Shown here piece after piece: positions 61,273-64,000 of a stretch of 64,000 nucleotides of DNA (position 1 is its first letter; the number at the start of each line of letters is the position of its first letter). Made by a program: the position numbers and the translations under genes. The notes below the pieces were generated by a model, which worked only from the letters and a program-made list of their open reading frames with translations, had not been told where the DNA came from and did not search any database. This stretch comes from Acidimicrobiia bacterium (GTDB taxonomy: Bacteria > Actinomycetota > Acidimicrobiia > Spongiisociales > ZC4RG35), in contig CBDBCY010000004.1 of assembly GCA_965203555.1 (NCBI GenBank), positions 2,368,001-2,432,000 on the forward strand, given 5' to 3'.

Positions 61273-64000
61273 TTGGAAAACGATCGAAAAGACACAAGGC
61301 AGCGCTGGAGTTTGCGTCTCGCGGCTGGTCTGAGCGCAGTGTTTTTGCTGGTCGGGACAGCTATTCCCGTGCCGGCGGCGGAGTATCCCGGCGAGCCGCT
61401 GCGGATGGGTAGTCGAGGGCAGGCGGTCCGGGCGTGGCAGGCGGCGCTGGGGATTGCGGCCGACGGAAACTTCGGCGAGCAGACCAGGGAAGCCACCATC
61501 GCATGGCAGAACCGCAACGGTTTGACAGCAGACGGAATCGTGGGGCCCGCCTCCTGGAAAATCATGTTTCCCGACGCCACTATCGACCCCGACGACGTGA
61601 GGATAACCATCGCAGGCGCGGGCTACGGCCACGGAGTGGGCCTCACGCAGTACGGCGCCAAGGGGATGTCTCAGCAGGGTTACACGTCCACCCAGATTCT
61701 GGAGCACTTCTACCAGGGGTCATCTGTCGAGGACCTTTCCGACGCCATCCCCGGCTCCTGGGTGGTCACCGAGTCGATGCCGATCTGGGTGGGGATGAGA
61801 CAGAATCGCACCGAGTTCACCTTCGTGGTCAGCACCGGGCGGGTAAGGGTCTGTTTCGATGGGGATTACAACTCCTATCCGCTGCTGGTGGCCGGGGCCT
61901 CGCCGGATCGTGACAACACTTTCACCGGTCTCCTGATTACCAGGTTGGCGGACCTGGGATATTTGCAGGGAGCGCCTGAGACCTTCAACGAAACGGTCCG
62001 GGAGGCGGTGATCTCCTTCCAGGCGGCCCAGGGCCTGGAAGCGGACGGAGTGGTGGGGGGAGGTACCTGGCAGGCTCTTGTCCAGGGAAGCGGTCTCTCC
62101 GATTGCGCCGGGGCCTACTACCTGAACAGCGGGGAGGAGTTGGTGGTGACGGCCCAGGGGGACGGGTCCTGTTCCACCAATCTGGTGGGAGCGGTCTCGC
62201 AGTGCCGATTGAGCATTCAGGATCTGTCCGATGACAACCGGGTGGGTCTGCGGGGCCTCAATTACGGGGGCGAGATGACCCAATTCGTTCACGGTCGCAT
62301 CCGAGTACGCCCCAAAGGCGCAAGAATGCACTTTTCCATGCAAATGGACATAGAGGACTACGTGGCGGGTATCGCCGAGATCCCCACCGCCTGGATGGAT
62401 GCGGCCTTGGAGGCCCAGGCGATAGCGGCCCGGTCGTATGCGATTTATGCCATGCTGCGACGGGGTTCGGAGTCTTCTTTCAGTGATTCCCGGAAATCGG
62501 CCTGTTGGTGTCATGTGGTCAGCGACACCCGGGATCAGGTGTACGCGGGATGGAACAGGCAGATACAGAACGGCGGACGGTGGGAACTGGTGGGAGCGCG
62601 TCCCACCGCCGGCATGGTCGTGACCCATCCCGAGGAGGAACTCACGGTGGTCCAGGCCTTCTACTCTTCCTCCAGCGGAGGGGCCACAGAGGACTCCTCG
62701 GCGCTGTGGGGAACCGCCGGGCGGCCCTACCTCGTCTCGGTGGAGGATCCGTGGTCGATCGATCCGGCGGTCAACCCCGGCGCCTCCTGGTCCAAGAGCC
62801 TTTCGCTGTCTCAGTTGCTCGGAATCTATGACTTGGACGGCCGGTTCGATGACGTCATCTCGGTCACTACGGTTCCCTACCCGTGGGGAAGCGCCCAGTT
62901 CGTGAAAGTGGAGGGAATTCGAGGAGGGAGCAAAGTAGTCGAAAGGGGCTCGGCTTCGACCCTCAAGTCCTCTTTGCGGTTGAGATCGAGGTACTTTGAG
63001 ATCGACTATCTGGCCGACTGGTGGGCCCCGCCCCCGGCGCCCACCGGGGTGGAGGTAGCAGGTGGGAGGGCAGCCACGGTCAGCTGGGCGCCGGTTCCGT
63101 CGCGGTTCGCTCCGGAGAACTACACGGTGAGCGTCAGTCCCGCCCATGCCGATCCGATCACGGTGGAGGCTTCGCAGACCAGCGCAGTGTTCAGCGGCCT
63201 GAGCGCGGGAGTGGAGTACAGCTTCACGGTGACCGCCACCAATCAAGTCGGAACCGGTCCGTCCTCGGCGGCGACCGCGCCCAAGGTGGTGATCCCTGAG
63301 AATCCTTACCCCGGGGCGTCTCTTCGGGAAGGAGACCGCGGCGAGTCGGTGCGGGTCTGGCAGGGGGCACTCGGGATTACCGCCGACGGTGACTTCGGTC
63401 CGGCGACCACCGCCGCCACCCGTCAGTGGCAGCAGGCCAACGGTCTGGCTGTCGACGGGATCGTGGGGGAGGAGTCCTGGAACAAGATGTTCTCCTCGCC
63501 CCCGTCCGCCGAGACCCCCGATGAAACGGAGACCGAGGACGAGACGGAACCGGACCCCGAGCCGGAGGAGACCGGGTCGGACGTTCCCAGCTATCCGGGT
63601 TTCCTGTTGAGGGTGGGTAGCCAGGGCAAGTGGGTGAGGACCTGGCAGTCCGCCCTGGGGCTGCGCGCCGACGGCTATTTCGGATCGGACACGGCCCGGG
63701 CCACCCGGGAGTGGCAGCAGGCCAATGGTCTGGCGCCCGACGGGATAGTCGGCATGAAGAGTTGGCAGGCCATGTTTCCCGGCGCCGGGGTGGAACGACC
63801 CACGCCTCCGCCTGCTGTCGGAGATGAAGGCGATGATCTCCCGGAGCAGGAACCGGGCGCGGGGGTTCCCCCCTATCCGGGTAGCTCTCTCAAGGTCGGT
63901 TCGCAGGGTGCCGACGTGATCGTCTGGCAGCGGGCCCTGGGAATTGCGGCGGATGGGTATTTCGGTCCGGCCACCTTGTCCGCTACCAAGGCTTGGCAGT
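61273..64000 (+). CDS. Secreted SpoIID/LytB-type lytic transglycosylase with multiple peptidoglycan-binding domains and FN3; runs off the right edge
   Basis: Not in the ORF track (no stop in window). Signal peptide ..LAAGLSAVFLLVGTAIPVPAA; PGBD repeats LR.GS.G..V..WQ.ALG..ADG.FG..T...WQ..NGL..DGIVG..SW; GYGHGVGLTQYGA..ILEHFY; IEDYVAGIAEIP..ALEAQAIAARSYA; DQVY; FN3 ..YSFTVTATNQVGTG. Start uncertain. Confidence 0.85.
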   Translation, partial: MENDRKDTRQRWSLRLAAGLSAVFLLVGTAIPVPAAEYPGEPLRMGSRGQAVRAWQAALGIAADGNFGEQTREATIAWQNRNGLTADGIVGPASWKIMFPDATIDPDDVRITIAGAGYGHGVGLTQYGAKGMSQQGYTSTQILEHFYQGSSVEDLSDAIPGSWVVTESMPIWVGMRQNRTEFTFVVSTGRVRVCFDGDYNSYPLLVAGASPDRDNTFTGLLITRLADLGYLQGAPETFNETVREAVISFQAAQGLEADGVVGGGTWQALVQGSGLSDCAGAYYLNSGEELVVTAQGDGSCSTNLVGAVSQCRLSIQDLSDDNRVGLRGLNYGGEMTQFVHGRIRVRPKGARMHFSMQMDIEDYVAGIAEIPTAWMDAALEAQAIAARSYAIYAMLRRGSESSFSDSRKSACWCHVVSDTRDQVYAGWNRQIQNGGRWELVGARPTAGMVVTHPEEELTVVQAFYSSSSGGATEDSSALWGTAGRPYLVSVEDPWSIDPAVNPGASWSKSLSLSQLLGIYDLDGRFDDVISVTTVPYPWGSAQFVKVEGIRGGSKVVERGSASTLKSSLRLRSRYFEIDYLADWWAPPPAPTGVEVAGGRAATVSWAPVPSRFAPENYTVSVSPAHADPITVEASQTSAVFSGLSAGVEYSFTVTATNQVGTGPSSAATAPKVVIPENPYPGASLREGDRGESVRVWQGALGITADGDFGPATTAATRQWQQANGLAVDGIVGEESWNKMFSSPPSAETPDETETEDETEPDPEPEETGSDVPSYPGFLLRVGSQGKWVRTWQSALGLRADGYFGSDTARATREWQQANGLAPDGIVGMKSWQAMFPGAGVERPTPPPAVGDEGDDLPEQEPGAGVPPYPGSSLKVGSQGADVIVWQRALGIAADGYFGPATLSATKAWQ

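Overview
This is a GC-rich, gene-dense bacterial window. WhiB, an F420-type LLM oxidoreductase, a DinB/TIGR03086-like protein and VapBC45 point to an actinobacterium. Cys-containing SLH repeats and a Sup-type PKS cluster suggest an Acidimicrobiia-like marine sponge symbiont (inference). Left to right: (1) 1-4.2 kb: ggt (truncated), a DinB-like protein, a permease, SRAP and a DUF3237-like protein. (2) 4.2-6.3 kb: a decayed patch with an MNT-HEPN pair, IS1380 and SLH remnants, bounded by a duplicated piece of the neighbouring enoyl-CoA hydratase gene. (3) 7.2-10.8 kb: an operon led by a ClpX-type zinc finger fused to an apparently dead amidohydrolase, followed by GDPD and Wzm/Wzt. (4) 13-21 kb: VapBC45 plus a two-gene, three-helicase operon. 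It encodes a ~1740-aa DEDDh exonuclease-DinG-RecQ fusion and a UvrD-like helicase with a degenerate NERD domain; this is the best candidate for an undescribed system. (5) 21.3-36 kb: a complete Sup-type PKS cluster (ACP, PPTase, permease, hydrolase, SupA). (6) 36-64 kb: sdhCAB, whiB, tatA, peroxiredoxin, moaE, a FadD + Liv-type ABC operon, mazEF, bioY, PDZ-Lon, lpdA, E2, a LipB-LipA fusion with a 1-nt frameshift, and a truncated multi-PGBD SpoIID-like protein. No rRNA, tRNA or CRISPR array was seen. All calls rest on motif recognition by eye; no searches were run.
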